64,000 bases of DNA from an uncultured Gammaproteobacteria bacterium (GCA_964452565.1 CAYVLY010000001.1:142638-206637); one strand, 5' to 3'. Shown: positions 10,265 through 19,246, counted from the first letter of the stretch. Notes: generated by a model not told the origin, from the sequence alone. Translations and numbers: made by a program.

Positions 10265-12769
10265 ATGAAAAGGACAATTTCGACAATTACTATCTTCGCT
10301 TGTGTTGCCAGCTTCCTATTGCCAACATTGCGGGCTAGAGCTGCTGATATAGATGCATCTGCTGGAGACCTCATTAAAAATGAGTCATTATCAGCGGTTT
10401 ACTACTACGCAGCTGATGGTAATCGTTATACATTCCCAAATGAGAAAACTTACTTCACTTGGTACGATGATTTTGATGATGTTGTGACAATTTCAGATGA
10501 TCAGTTAGCAGACGTCCCTCTTGTTGGTGTTGTAACATACAAACCAGGGGTTCGTATGGTTAAAATAGAGTCTGACCCTAAGGTCTATGCAGTTGCAGGT
10601 GGTGCAGTATTGCGCTGGGTAACTACAGAAGAGATTGTAACAAGCTTGTATGGAAGTGCGTGGAATACATACATAGATGATATTCCTGTTGCATTTTGGC
10701 CGCACTATTCTTTTGGTAATGATATTGCGTCAGATGGTCAATATAGTAAGGACGAAGAGGAAGCAGGTGCTGATAGTATTCAAGATGAATTGGATGCTGT
10801 AGACGATTCTGATGAGGATTCTTCGGGTGACGAGGACGATACAGACGATTCATCAGATGATGAGGACTCAGATGATACAGATGATGCCGACGACTCTGAC
10901 GATAGTGAAGATACGGATGACGAGGCCGTCTATGACATGGTATTAATAGGTAACGTCCCAGACGGCAATCAGCCACCAACAAATTCATTTTTACTTGGCG
11001 ATACAAACTTCTGCGCACCGATATCAGCTGCCAATGTTACCGAATATTGGGATACGGTAATTGGTGATAGCAATGCAGATGATGTTAACGCAGATTTAAA
11101 TGTCGTCGAAACCGTTGCAGACTGGATTGGCTTTTTCATGAATACAAATGATGTTGGAAGTATAGATAGAAACTCAGGGCTAGGCTTTGGTACGCCAATT
11201 ATTAATATTGCATCAGGAATTATTGATTGGACGATTTGGGATGGTGTCGATGGGAGCGACTATGAATTCGACGACCCATGGTTTGATCTAGCCGGTAAGG
11301 AAGACTACACATCATGGGATATTGAAACAATAAGTTTTGACGATGTCTCTGAGTCGTCTGCATGGACGCTATATATAAATGAGATTGATGCTGGTCAGCC
11401 ACCAGTGGTATCTTTTGAATATTGGAATCCACAAGAAACTACATTTGATGATTTAGAAAATAGCATCTCATTTTATACTTGGGGTGATGAAATAGATGTT
11501 GCTGATGATGCTGATTTGAGCCCAGATGAAATTGAGGAAAAATGGTATACAAATTCATCAGAGGAATATTCAACAGGACACGCTGTTACAGGGGTTGGAT
11601 ATATCCAAGATTATGATATGGGGGATGGCGTCAGCCGTGACTGGGCTATTGTTCATGACAATTGGGATACCACAGCAGAAAACATAGCAGTCCCATGGGA
11701 AAATTGGTCATCTACCACAAGCATCGATCCGGAGCCAAATACAGTCCCAGAGATTCCAGAAATTGATGATCCTGGCGACTTTGTTACCATTGGGGATGAT
11801 TATGATGTGACATGGGAAAGTGTGCGAGGTGCTAAGAATTATTGCATCGACTGGGACATCTCTCCTGGATTTGAGTCAGGACTAGGCGCATGTACCTATG
11901 GTGGAAGCAATACTGAGTATTCATTCACGGGAACAACAGATGAGATGAATTGGTTGAGACAGGATCATTTCTATAGAGTAAAAGCCTGCAATGATATGGG
12001 ATGCAGTGATTGGAGCGAGATTGTGGATATGGTGGTATTAGAGATAGATCCAATAGTAGTTCCAGATGACTACTTATATATTCAGCAGGCCTTAAATTCT
12101 GCATCAGCGGGAGATACAGTCTATGTAAAGGATGGGGTTCATGAAATGAGTTCAATGACCATGCCAGATGCTGTATATCTTATTGGTGAGAGTGTTGAAA
12201 ACACAATAGTAGAAATTTATGATAATATCGGAGTAACTACAGGCGACTATACATTGATAATGAACATTACATTCAACTCGGATGATGGAACAATGTTTTA
12301 TGTATCAGGTGTCACATCTAGTTTCTTGAATGTGTTATTTGAAGCAGAATCCTCGCAAGTCATTCAGGTCACTTACGGTGGTGATCTATATGTCTACAAC
12401 AGTACACTCTATTCAACTGGTGCTTATGGAGGAATATGGACTGATATAGAGTACGTAAATAGTGTAGATATTGTGAACACGATCGTTCAGGGATTTAGAT
12501 ACGGGCTATATGTACAGGGTTCAAGTATAGGCACATCTTCCTACTCAAACGTATTTGGCACTGACGATTCTATGAATTGGTATGGTAATATCGTGCAGGA
12601 TTCTACAGATATATCAACTGACTCAATGTTTGTTGATGAGTCAGGTCGTGATTATAGATTAAGTGATTCTTCTCCATGTATAGATGCTGGACAGCCTTCG
12701 ATGATTTATAATGATGTGGATGGAACTGTAAATGACATGGGTGCATTTGGTGGTGCATATGGATGGTAG
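10265..12769 (+). CDS. large secreted protein: shared N-terminal domain, D/E-rich linker, FN3-like and beta-helix-like C-terminus
   Basis: Signal peptide; N-terminal ~110 aa paralogous to ORF 13273..14145; Asp-rich low-complexity region; C-terminal repeats typical of parallel beta-helix. Confidence 0.5.
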   Translation: MKRTISTITIFACVASFLLPTLRARAADIDASAGDLIKNESLSAVYYYAADGNRYTFPNEKTYFTWYDDFDDVVTISDDQLADVPLVGVVTYKPGVRMVKIESDPKVYAVAGGAVLRWVTTEEIVTSLYGSAWNTYIDDIPVAFWPHYSFGNDIASDGQYSKDEEEAGADSIQDELDAVDDSDEDSSGDEDDTDDSSDDEDSDDTDDADDSDDSEDTDDEAVYDMVLIGNVPDGNQPPTNSFLLGDTNFCAPISAANVTEYWDTVIGDSNADDVNADLNVVETVADWIGFFMNTNDVGSIDRNSGLGFGTPIINIASGIIDWTIWDGVDGSDYEFDDPWFDLAGKEDYTSWDIETISFDDVSESSAWTLYINEIDAGQPPVVSFEYWNPQETTFDDLENSISFYTWGDEIDVADDADLSPDEIEEKWYTNSSEEYSTGHAVTGVGYIQDYDMGDGVSRDWAIVHDNWDTTAENIAVPWENWSSTTSIDPEPNTVPEIPEIDDPGDFVTIGDDYDVTWESVRGAKNYCIDWDISPGFESGLGACTYGGSNTEYSFTGTTDEMNWLRQDHFYRVKACNDMGCSDWSEIVDMVVLEIDPIVVPDDYLYIQQALNSASAGDTVYVKDGVHEMSSMTMPDAVYLIGESVENTIVEIYDNIGVTTGDYTLIMNITFNSDDGTMFYVSGVTSSFLNVLFEAESSQVIQVTYGGDLYVYNSTLYSTGAYGGIWTDIEYVNSVDIVNTIVQGFRYGLYVQGSSIGTSSYSNVFGTDDSMNWYGNIVQDSTDISTDSMFVDESGRDYRLSDSSPCIDAGQPSMIYNDVDGTVNDMGAFGGAYGW
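10750..10925 (+). repeat. D/E-rich low-complexity coding repeat (GAT/GAC/GAG-rich)
   Basis: Translation EEEAGADSIQDELDAVDDSDEDSSGDEDDTDDSSDDEDSDDTDDADDSDDSEDTDDE. Confidence 0.5.
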
Positions 12770-12838
12770 GCCTTGATGTGGGTGTGCTATTCAGCTAATA
12801 TCACAATTAAACACTAAGTAATAATAATTTTCATTTAT

Positions 12839-13198
12839 ATGCAAGAAAGAGAAGGTGCCGTTCTACTAAAAAGATTGGAAGCAGAAAATAAAGAGAAATA
12901 CTCGCAAGCTAGGGATATATTTGATAGCACCCCATTGCCAGATGGTGTTACAGCCAATATGAATGTATACCTGGGGGAGCCTGTTTATCCATCAGTTGAT
13001 ATTAATGAAGCAGAAGAAGTGGGGAGTTCAACAATAGAAGTTTTCTATGAAAATATGGATGCCCATGAGCCTGCGACAAGATATTTCGATGAAATGAAGG
13101 CGAGTCTGAAGGAAGCCGGTTATCAAGTAGAGCCAACGCCAAATGTGCATGTTGATCATGAGGGAAGTGGTTCATTTGAGTACTACCTAGTTAAGTAG
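12839..13198 (+). CDS. hypothetical protein
   Basis: 119-aa ORF followed by a bidirectional terminator. Confidence 0.3.
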   Translation: MQEREGAVLLKRLEAENKEKYSQARDIFDSTPLPDGVTANMNVYLGEPVYPSVDINEAEEVGSSTIEVFYENMDAHEPATRYFDEMKASLKEAGYQVEPTPNVHVDHEGSGSFEYYLVK

Positions 13199-13224
13199 TT
13201 ATTTTGCCGACTACAATAAGAGTA

Positions 13225-13264
13225 AAAAACACCCACACTCATAGAAGTGTGGGTGTTTTGTTTT
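13225..13264. terminator. bidirectional rho-independent terminator
   Basis: AAAAAACACCCACAC-loop-GTGTGGGTGTTTTGTTTT between convergent genes. Confidence 0.5.
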
Positions 13265-13272
13265 CTGCAAGA

Positions 13273-14145
13273 TTATTCCAGAGTGACTTCTATATATACT
13301 ATTTCACTAGGATCGCTTACATCGTACACATTATGTGATTCAGCGTAGTAGTAAAATATCATTGTTGACGTGACCTCTAGATTTTCTACATGATCTGTTG
13401 TATCAGGTCCGGATGCTACTATTACAGAATCGCTGAATGATGGATCAACATCTCTATACAGCACAAAGTGTGCAGTGCAATCGGTGTCTGACCATCTTAT
13501 TGTAAAGTCTGTACCACTTTCAACAGAAGCCCCCATGTCGTAGATCTCTGGCGCTGGCGGCCCCTCACTCGGCGTCCAATTCATGCATTCCTCGTAATCA
13601 GTATTGTCATCAAGCCCTAGATCAATTCCAATAGTTTCGTTCCAACCGATGATTTCAGATCGATTAAAATCATCTGGATCTGTTATGTCCTCACCAACTG
13701 TATAGTTTGTATAGAAAACGTCGGGCAGGTCATCAATATGCGTATTCCAGTCGGTTCCATATAGACTTCTAGCAACCTCTTCTGACGCGACCCAGCGCAA
13801 AACACCACCTTGATCAACCGCATATACACTTGGTACTGATGTAAGTTTTACCATTCTGGTCCCAGGTCTGTAAGTCACATTTGCCTCAAGTGGGATACTT
13901 GCAAGTTCAGAATCAGATATAGTCTCTATTGAATCAAAATCATCATACCAGGAGAAGTAAATGCGCTCATTAGGGAATGAATATCGATTCCCATCACTTG
14001 CATAATAGTAGATACTGGACATGCTTCCCTTGATAAGTGTGCCAGCATCAGTGTCAGCTGTAATAGCATGCACTGGTTGAACTAGGGCGCCTAGCATTCC
14101 AAGTCCAACACAGAATGTAAGACACCATGAAATAATTTTCTTCAT
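13273..14145 (-). CDS. secreted protein paralogous (N-terminal domain) to ORF 10265..12769
   Basis: Signal peptide; SIYYYASDGNRYSFPNERIYFSWYDDFDSIETISDSELASIPL... aligns with the N-terminus of the 834-aa protein. Confidence 0.5.
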   Translation of the reverse strand: MKKIISWCLTFCVGLGMLGALVQPVHAITADTDAGTLIKGSMSSIYYYASDGNRYSFPNERIYFSWYDDFDSIETISDSELASIPLEANVTYRPGTRMVKLTSVPSVYAVDQGGVLRWVASEEVARSLYGTDWNTHIDDLPDVFYTNYTVGEDITDPDDFNRSEIIGWNETIGIDLGLDDNTDYEECMNWTPSEGPPAPEIYDMGASVESGTDFTIRWSDTDCTAHFVLYRDVDPSFSDSVIVASGPDTTDHVENLEVTSTMIFYYYAESHNVYDVSDPSEIVYIEVTLE

Positions 14146-14183
14146 AATTTAAAGATCACGGAATTAGATGATTTAATAATATC

Positions 14184-14213
14184 AAAAAAGCAGACACAGC
14201 CGACAGTGGCTGT
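14184..14213 (-). terminator. rho-independent terminator (minus strand)
   Basis: ACAGCC-gacagt-GGCTGT hairpin followed by a T-run on the minus strand. Confidence 0.45.
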
Positions 14214-14221
14214 GCATACTT

Positions 14222-14428
14222 TTAGATAATAATGAACAGGGAAGTGATGATCACTAGCCCAGCAAGAATTGAGAAACATCCTCCTGAACTACCATAGGCT
14301 GGTCTGGGACCGCCTTTAAAAGACTTGCGCGGCGGACGTGGTCCAAGCCGCTTTGGACCTTTTCTTAATGCTGGTCGTCGAGGGCCTCGAACCTTACCCA
14401 TTTTTCCCATTGGTCGTTTTACTTTCAT
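14222..14428 (-). CDS. small basic Arg/Pro/Gly-rich protein with C-terminal TM helix (hypothetical)
   Basis: 68-aa ORF, terminator immediately downstream. Confidence 0.25.
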   Translation of the reverse strand: MKVKRPMGKMGKVRGPRRPALRKGPKRLGPRPPRKSFKGGPRPAYGSSGGCFSILAGLVIITSLFIII

Positions 14429-14432
14429 ATAC

Positions 14433-15377
14433 TTAAGTTACTTGTTTGAAGATATTGATTAGAATGTATGTCAAGTAGATGACAATGAGTATAATCGCGT
14501 TTGATTTGCTTAGCCTGAGATTTTTTCTAAAGAATAGAATAACAGCAACTGATACAACGAATAATATACCCAGATCAATGAAAAGGAGTGATTTATCAAA
14601 GATGAATGTTGAAATAACAGTTCCCACACCGAGTGTAAAAAGAAGATCAAAAATTGTACTACCGAAGATGTTTCCAAGTGCAAGCTTACTTGCGCCTTTA
14701 CGAACGGCTGTTAGTGATGTTGCAAGCTCTGGAAGACTTGTGCCAAGTCCAACGATTGTTATACCAATAAACGATTGAGAGACGCCTAGTAGCGAACTTA
14801 GATGAATTGCATTATCAATTGTTATTTCTGAAGCAAGAATTACTAATGCAAGCCCACCAACGATTGAAAGAAAGGACCATGTCAATCCTGATTTGTGATT
14901 CTTACGAACTTTTTCAATAACACGCTCTTGTTGTGCTATTTGAAGGAAGTAAAACGCATAAGCCATTATCATGATAACGCCGTCGATTCTGGATAGCGTG
15001 CCATCAATTCCTAATAAAAACAGCAGTATTATTGAAATCAAAATTGCTATTCCATCTCTTTTAAGCTCTTTGCGCGTTATTGTTAGTATTCCAAAAAAAC
15101 TAATGAAACCAATGATCATTGTCATTTGGCTTATTGTTGTACCAAGTGTTTCGCCGATGATGAGTCCTGAAGTCTCAACCCCAGCCAAACGTTGGAGTGC
15201 AGCATTTATATCAATGATTAGTTCAGGAAGATCTGTTCCAAGTGCAAGAATCGTGAGCCCGAAAAATAGCTGCGATATCTTGAATCGCTTTGCTAGGAAT
15301 ATAGATCCCTGAATGGTGAGCTGTGATCCAATCCACAGTCCGACTAATCCTAGTATGAGAAGTAAAAGTTCGAGCAT
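14433..15377 (-). CDS. Ca2+/cation antiporter (CaCA family), paralog of 2707..3687
   Basis: GTDLPELII and GTSLPELATS alpha-repeat motifs. Confidence 0.75.
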   Translation of the reverse strand: MLELLLLILGLVGLWIGSQLTIQGSIFLAKRFKISQLFFGLTILALGTDLPELIIDINAALQRLAGVETSGLIIGETLGTTISQMTMIIGFISFFGILTITRKELKRDGIAILISIILLFLLGIDGTLSRIDGVIMIMAYAFYFLQIAQQERVIEKVRKNHKSGLTWSFLSIVGGLALVILASEITIDNAIHLSSLLGVSQSFIGITIVGLGTSLPELATSLTAVRKGASKLALGNIFGSTIFDLLFTLGVGTVISTFIFDKSLLFIDLGILFVVSVAVILFFRKNLRLSKSNAIILIVIYLTYILINIFKQVT

Positions 15378-15468
15378 GTATCTATCATATCAAATCAGTG
15401 CTCAGTATTGAACCTTTACTATTGATCTCTTAGAAAGAACATGATATAGTTTCCCCGCAAATCATTAA

Positions 15469-15481
15469 TCCGGGGTAGCTC
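15469..15481 (+). repeat. partial copy of tRNA-Asn 5' end (13 nt) followed by palindromic GC-rich sequence
   Basis: TCCGGGGTAGCTC is identical to the start of the intact tRNA at 15856. Confidence 0.5.
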
Positions 15482-15550
15482 CCGCCTTCGTTCCTATCGG
15501 AACTTCGGCGGGCAGGCAGCATGCAAATGCCGCTTCGCTACCCTAATTAT

Positions 15551-15601
15551 TCCGGGGTAGCTCAGCGGCACCTGCCTGCCGGCAGGCAGGGAGCAATTGG
15601 C
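15551..15601 (+). repeat. partial copy of tRNA-Asn 5' half (nt 1-20 and 21-31) split by a 20-nt perfect palindrome
   Basis: TCCGGGGTAGCTCAGCGGCA[cctgcctgccggcaggcagg]GAGCAATTGGC matches tRNA-Asn positions 1-31. Confidence 0.6.
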
Positions 15602-15607
15602 GCAATT

Positions 15608-15865
15608 ATGAAATATACAATTTACGCCATTAAGAGCAAGAAAGATAAAAGAGTATACGTCGGCTTTACAGATAATCTTAATAGACGTTTAAGAGAACAT
15701 AATTCGGGGTTTGTAAAATCTACTAAGGGTTACAAACCTTGGATCGTGTTCTATACTGAACAGACCCACCTTCGATCTGAGGCTAGACGAAGAGAAAAAT
15801 ACCTCAAATCAGGTTGTGGAAAAGAGTTTCTGAAATCAGTTAGAGATAACAACATTCCGGGGTAG
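15608..15865 (+). CDS. GIY-YIG nuclease family protein (UPF0213/YhbQ-like)
   Basis: MKYTIYAIKSKKDKRVYVGFTDNLNRRLREHNSG... GIY-YIG core; 3' end runs into tRNA-Asn. Confidence 0.65.
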   Translation: MKYTIYAIKSKKDKRVYVGFTDNLNRRLREHNSGFVKSTKGYKPWIVFYTEQTHLRSEARRREKYLKSGCGKEFLKSVRDNNIPG

Positions 15866-15930
15866 CTCAGCGGCAGAGCAATTGGCTGTTAACCAATGGG
15901 TCGTGGGTTCGAATCCCACCCCCGGAGCCA
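15856..15930 (+). tRNA. tRNA-Asn(GTT)
   Basis: Manual fold: acceptor TCCGGGG/CCCCGGA, D-arm GCTCAGCGGCAGAGC, anticodon stem ATTGG/CCAAT with loop CTGTTAA, T-arm GTGGGTTCGAATCCCAC, encoded CCA. Confidence 0.85.
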
Positions 15931-17541
15931 AGAAGAATGGATGGTAGAAATACCTTCCATTTTTCTTTTGTCTTGGCTATTTTTGTTTGGTTCTAACCTT
16001 AGGTACTCCTTTTCGAGTTCAGGATAGCTCTCTGCGATAGGTACGAACCATTCGTTCAGTTGAATCTTTAGGTTTCCGTCAATAATCTCAAAGTCTGATC
16101 CGAGAGCATTAAGAATCTCACGCTTAGTTCTAACGTCTCCATTTAAGAACCTCGTGTGAGCGTATGTTGCAAAATCAAAAGTCTGCTCTGTAAGCTCTAT
16201 CCATTTTTCTGCTCGTTGTTCTGTTCGTTCGATTTCTGACTTGTACTTTTCTAACTCGGACTTGATGCGTGCCTTTTCTTTTAGGTATTCCTCATCATTT
16301 ATGAGTTCCTTTATCCTCATCTTTGTAAGGCTGTCCATCTCATTCTGCTTCATCTGATAAGCCTTTGTTTGAGTTTCGTAAACCTGAGTTCGTTTCTTTA
16401 CTTCTTTTTCATGTTCATTGCCCAACACCTCAAGAGCCCAGTCCCGAAACTGCGGAAGAATCGTGATTTTTATAAGTTCACGTTCAATCTGCTCTTCGAT
16501 GTTCTCAACTCGTAGGTTTTTGCGCTGTGTGCAGTCAATATCACGCTTTTTGTTCGTACAATGATAGTAAGTGTAGTGTTTTACCTCTTTCGTTGACTTG
16601 ATGAACTTTTGCTTGGTTTGTGCTGTGTAGTTACAGCCACATTCTCCGCATCTAATCATTCCAGTAAATGAAAACTCATGTGTTCTGGGCCTTGGCTTTC
16701 CCCGTTTGCCAAGTAGCCTTTGAACACGGTCAAACTCATCGAGGGTGATCATGGGCTCGTGTGCACCCTGTTTCCATTCTTTACGATATGAAAATAAACC
16801 AGCATAAAAGGCGTTGTTGAATATTCTATAAACTCCGCTGTATGAAAGAGGATTTCCCCCTATACGTTTCATTTTTCTACTAGTCAGGCCCCATTCGTTA
16901 TTTGCTATATCTACGATTTGCCTTGGTGTATACGTGCCAGTAAGCATAAGGTCCCACATCTTCCTTACTATTTGGAACCGATCTGGGTCTGGGATAATGA
17001 TATGCGTTTCATCGTCTGTAACATGGTTCAGATATCCCAGAGGAGCCATATTGGGCATCCAGCCCAATTCAACCTTTCGCTCCATGCCTCTGATGGTATT
17101 TTTTCTAAGATCAAGGATGAATTGGTTCGCAACACCGCTCTCAACACTCAAAATCAAGGCATTGTCATTTGGTCTGTACTCTCTATCAAATGTGCGAACT
17201 GATTGAAGTATCTCTTTTTGCAAAAGCCACTGGATAGTCCCGCTATCAACTGGGTTTCTCGATAGACGATTGATTTGCCAGCAGAGAATACCCTCAGCGT
17301 CACCTTTACGAATTCTTTGAATCATATCCTCAAAAACAGGCCTATTGTTTGGCTGCTTTGCCGACTTGGACTCTGTGAGACGATCAACAACTGTCAGACC
17401 AAGCTCTTTTGCGAGCTTGTCTAATCTTTCGAGCTGATCATCAATTGATTGTACCTGCCGATCCTCACTTTCTGAGGACTTTCTAGCGTATATAAAGTAT
17501 TTCATATAATCGTAATCAAAAGGACGGTTCTGGCTACCCAA
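15889..17541 (-). CDS. large serine recombinase (resolvase/integrase family)
   Basis: N-terminal catalytic domain YARKSSESEDRQVQSIDDQ... (Ser-recombinase motif); recombinase and zinc-ribbon domains (CGECGC...YYHC); C-terminal 18 aa are antisense translation of tRNA-Asn. Confidence 0.85.
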   Translation of the reverse strand: MGSQNRPFDYDYMKYFIYARKSSESEDRQVQSIDDQLERLDKLAKELGLTVVDRLTESKSAKQPNNRPVFEDMIQRIRKGDAEGILCWQINRLSRNPVDSGTIQWLLQKEILQSVRTFDREYRPNDNALILSVESGVANQFILDLRKNTIRGMERKVELGWMPNMAPLGYLNHVTDDETHIIIPDPDRFQIVRKMWDLMLTGTYTPRQIVDIANNEWGLTSRKMKRIGGNPLSYSGVYRIFNNAFYAGLFSYRKEWKQGAHEPMITLDEFDRVQRLLGKRGKPRPRTHEFSFTGMIRCGECGCNYTAQTKQKFIKSTKEVKHYTYYHCTNKKRDIDCTQRKNLRVENIEEQIERELIKITILPQFRDWALEVLGNEHEKEVKKRTQVYETQTKAYQMKQNEMDSLTKMRIKELINDEEYLKEKARIKSELEKYKSEIERTEQRAEKWIELTEQTFDFATYAHTRFLNGDVRTKREILNALGSDFEIIDGNLKIQLNEWFVPIAESYPELEKEYLRLEPNKNSQDKRKMEGISTIHSSWLRGWDSNPRPIG

Positions 17542-17558
17542 CTGCGCCTATACCAAAG

Positions 17559-17633
17559 TATCCCGCTTGCTGGCAGAACCGCCCATTTGAGGCAGTAAAC
17601 GGAATAGTTCTATATTGGTATTCAGTTGGGTAG
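17559..17633. promoter_or_regulatory. nested imperfect inverted repeats upstream of serine recombinase gene (candidate recombinase binding/att-like site)
   Basis: GGCTACCCAACTG ... CAGTTGGGTAGC plus GGTTCTGGC...GCTGGCAGAACC. Confidence 0.3.
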
Positions 17634-17641
17634 CACACTGA

Positions 17642-18256
17642 TTATAACTTATTTCGCAACATCATTTCCAGTTCTTCTGCCCTTGGCGCAGACCCCTCAT
17701 AACGAGAAAGTCTTTTCAGATATCTGAGGTATCGCTTCGTGGGCCGTCCTTTCCAGTATTTATACTTGACCTCCGTATTCATTAAATAGCCTTCAGCCTT
17801 GAATAGCTTCCCCAGAGCTCCAAAATAGCCCGTGTGCGTCTCTTGCTGGCTTTCATAGGCCAGATCATAGCAATGCCTGCACCCAAAGTATTTATCCGCT
17901 AAATAGAGGCTGCCTACACGCCTTCTGCAAGGAATTCCATCTTTCACAAGAGGACATGTAAACCAGTAACGAACCCCGCCGAAGTAACAAGGGGTAGTTG
18001 TTAGATCTACACTGTAATCTAAATCTTCACTCTCACCATTCCATCTGGTAGTTGATGTATAGGTGCATCTCATTGTTGAGTTGGTATTATCAACTAATAT
18101 ACTGATCCTGCCAGTAACTTCTCCGCATCTTCTCCAAGTGATTTCACCGCCCACATAATGAGGTTGAAGATAACCTAGCCTCTTAAGGGAGGTTGTACTG
18201 AGGTCTTTGTGCTCCTCGCATGTTTCTTTGCGCATAACCCTTTTTATCGAAATCAA
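17642..18256 (-). CDS. Cys-rich hypothetical protein (island)
   Basis: 204-aa ORF with multiple CxxC-like pairs. Confidence 0.35.
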   Translation of the reverse strand: MISIKRVMRKETCEEHKDLSTTSLKRLGYLQPHYVGGEITWRRCGEVTGRISILVDNTNSTMRCTYTSTTRWNGESEDLDYSVDLTTTPCYFGGVRYWFTCPLVKDGIPCRRRVGSLYLADKYFGCRHCYDLAYESQQETHTGYFGALGKLFKAEGYLMNTEVKYKYWKGRPTKRYLRYLKRLSRYEGSAPRAEELEMMLRNKL

Positions 18257-18262
18257 TAGGAC

Positions 18263-18796
18263 TTATAGGGAATTGTTCATCATTTTATTCTTTGTATCAT
18301 TGTAGCTATCAAGTATCTGTTCTCGTGCTGATTTGCTAGTTTTTTCCGTTTCACTGGGATAGCTTACGCTATCCTGATTTATATTTTCTTCTTTTATATT
18401 ATCTTCACTTAGCTTCTCTTGTGCTTCATAACCGAAGGCAGGTGACAGACCATTGGCAACCAAAATATCCGAATAATCGCTAGGTTTGCTTCTATCTCTA
18501 CGAAGGGTTTGATACTTGTGCCAATTAGGATGGTAACCTGCTAGTCCCTTTTTTGTTTCACCTATGGTGATTAGCCCGCAGCCATGCATCTCATCAAACA
18601 TCTTTTCAATGGTCGGTACGCCAATCCTGTCGCTATGAAAGACTTTACGTTTCCAATATCTCGCATCTGCACGAAAACATCCCTCATCATCTGCTCCAAC
18701 TACTAGTCCAATAAACAACAATCTTGCAGTTGGTTTGAGTTGAATAAACTGCTCGCAGTCCCATATTCGTTCATGAACCATTCTTTTTCTGCTCAT
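18263..18796 (-). CDS. hypothetical protein (island; possibly replication-related)
   Basis: 177-aa ORF in the same operon as the recombinase. Confidence 0.3.
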   Translation of the reverse strand: MSRKRMVHERIWDCEQFIQLKPTARLLFIGLVVGADDEGCFRADARYWKRKVFHSDRIGVPTIEKMFDEMHGCGLITIGETKKGLAGYHPNWHKYQTLRRDRSKPSDYSDILVANGLSPAFGYEAQEKLSEDNIKEENINQDSVSYPSETEKTSKSAREQILDSYNDTKNKMMNNSL

Positions 18797-18989
18797 AATT
18801 ATTTTTAATCATAATTTGTCTTTTTTTGGTTCCCGATAATTCACCTGAGGTAATTGGCGCATAGCATATTTTTATGGCGCTCAGAAGCCTTGTAGCTCGA
18901 TCTAAGGCCTCTTGTACCTCAAGACGGTATCCGAACTCTTGCTCGAATAAGTAAATAAAGCTCTCAAGTTGTTGTTTTGAGAGCTCCAT
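18771..18989 (-). CDS. small hypothetical protein
   Basis: 72-aa ORF, TGA stop, overlaps the next gene by 26 nt. Confidence 0.25.
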   Translation of the reverse strand: MELSKQQLESFIYLFEQEFGYRLEVQEALDRATRLLSAIKICYAPITSGELSGTKKRQIMIKNNYEQKKNGS

Positions 18990-18991
18990 AA

Positions 18992-19246
18992 CTACGATCG
19001 TGCTCGATACTTCAACATTCGCAGGTTCTCATGAAAAGAACGTGCATCAACATCTAGCTTGTTGCTCCAGTAAAGTGCCACGATCTCATCAATTTCATCG
19101 TCACGTTCGAAGGTAAATTTTGCTTTCAATGGATTGGACTTATCAATTGCTTTAACAACATATCCAACAGTGGAAAGCGCAGTCGAAAGTCCAATATCTG
19201 AATTAACCAAATACTGAGCTAAGGGAAGGTGTTCTGGTCTTTGCAT
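18992..19246 (-). CDS. small hypothetical protein
   Basis: 84-aa ORF. Confidence 0.3.
   Translation of the reverse strand: MQRPEHLPLAQYLVNSDIGLSTALSTVGYVVKAIDKSNPLKAKFTFERDDEIDEIVALYWSNKLDVDARSFHENLRMLKYRARS

Noticed and set aside
815-12155. Many antisense/overlapping ORFs (e.g. 815..1093, 1722..1934, 2331..2753, 2772..3128, 3159..3575, 5259..5462, 7260..7854, 9094..10069, 10505..11018, 11220..11432, 11925..12155)
   Set aside because: They lie wholly inside better-supported genes on the other strand or frame and have low-complexity or odd composition; treated as shadow ORFs.
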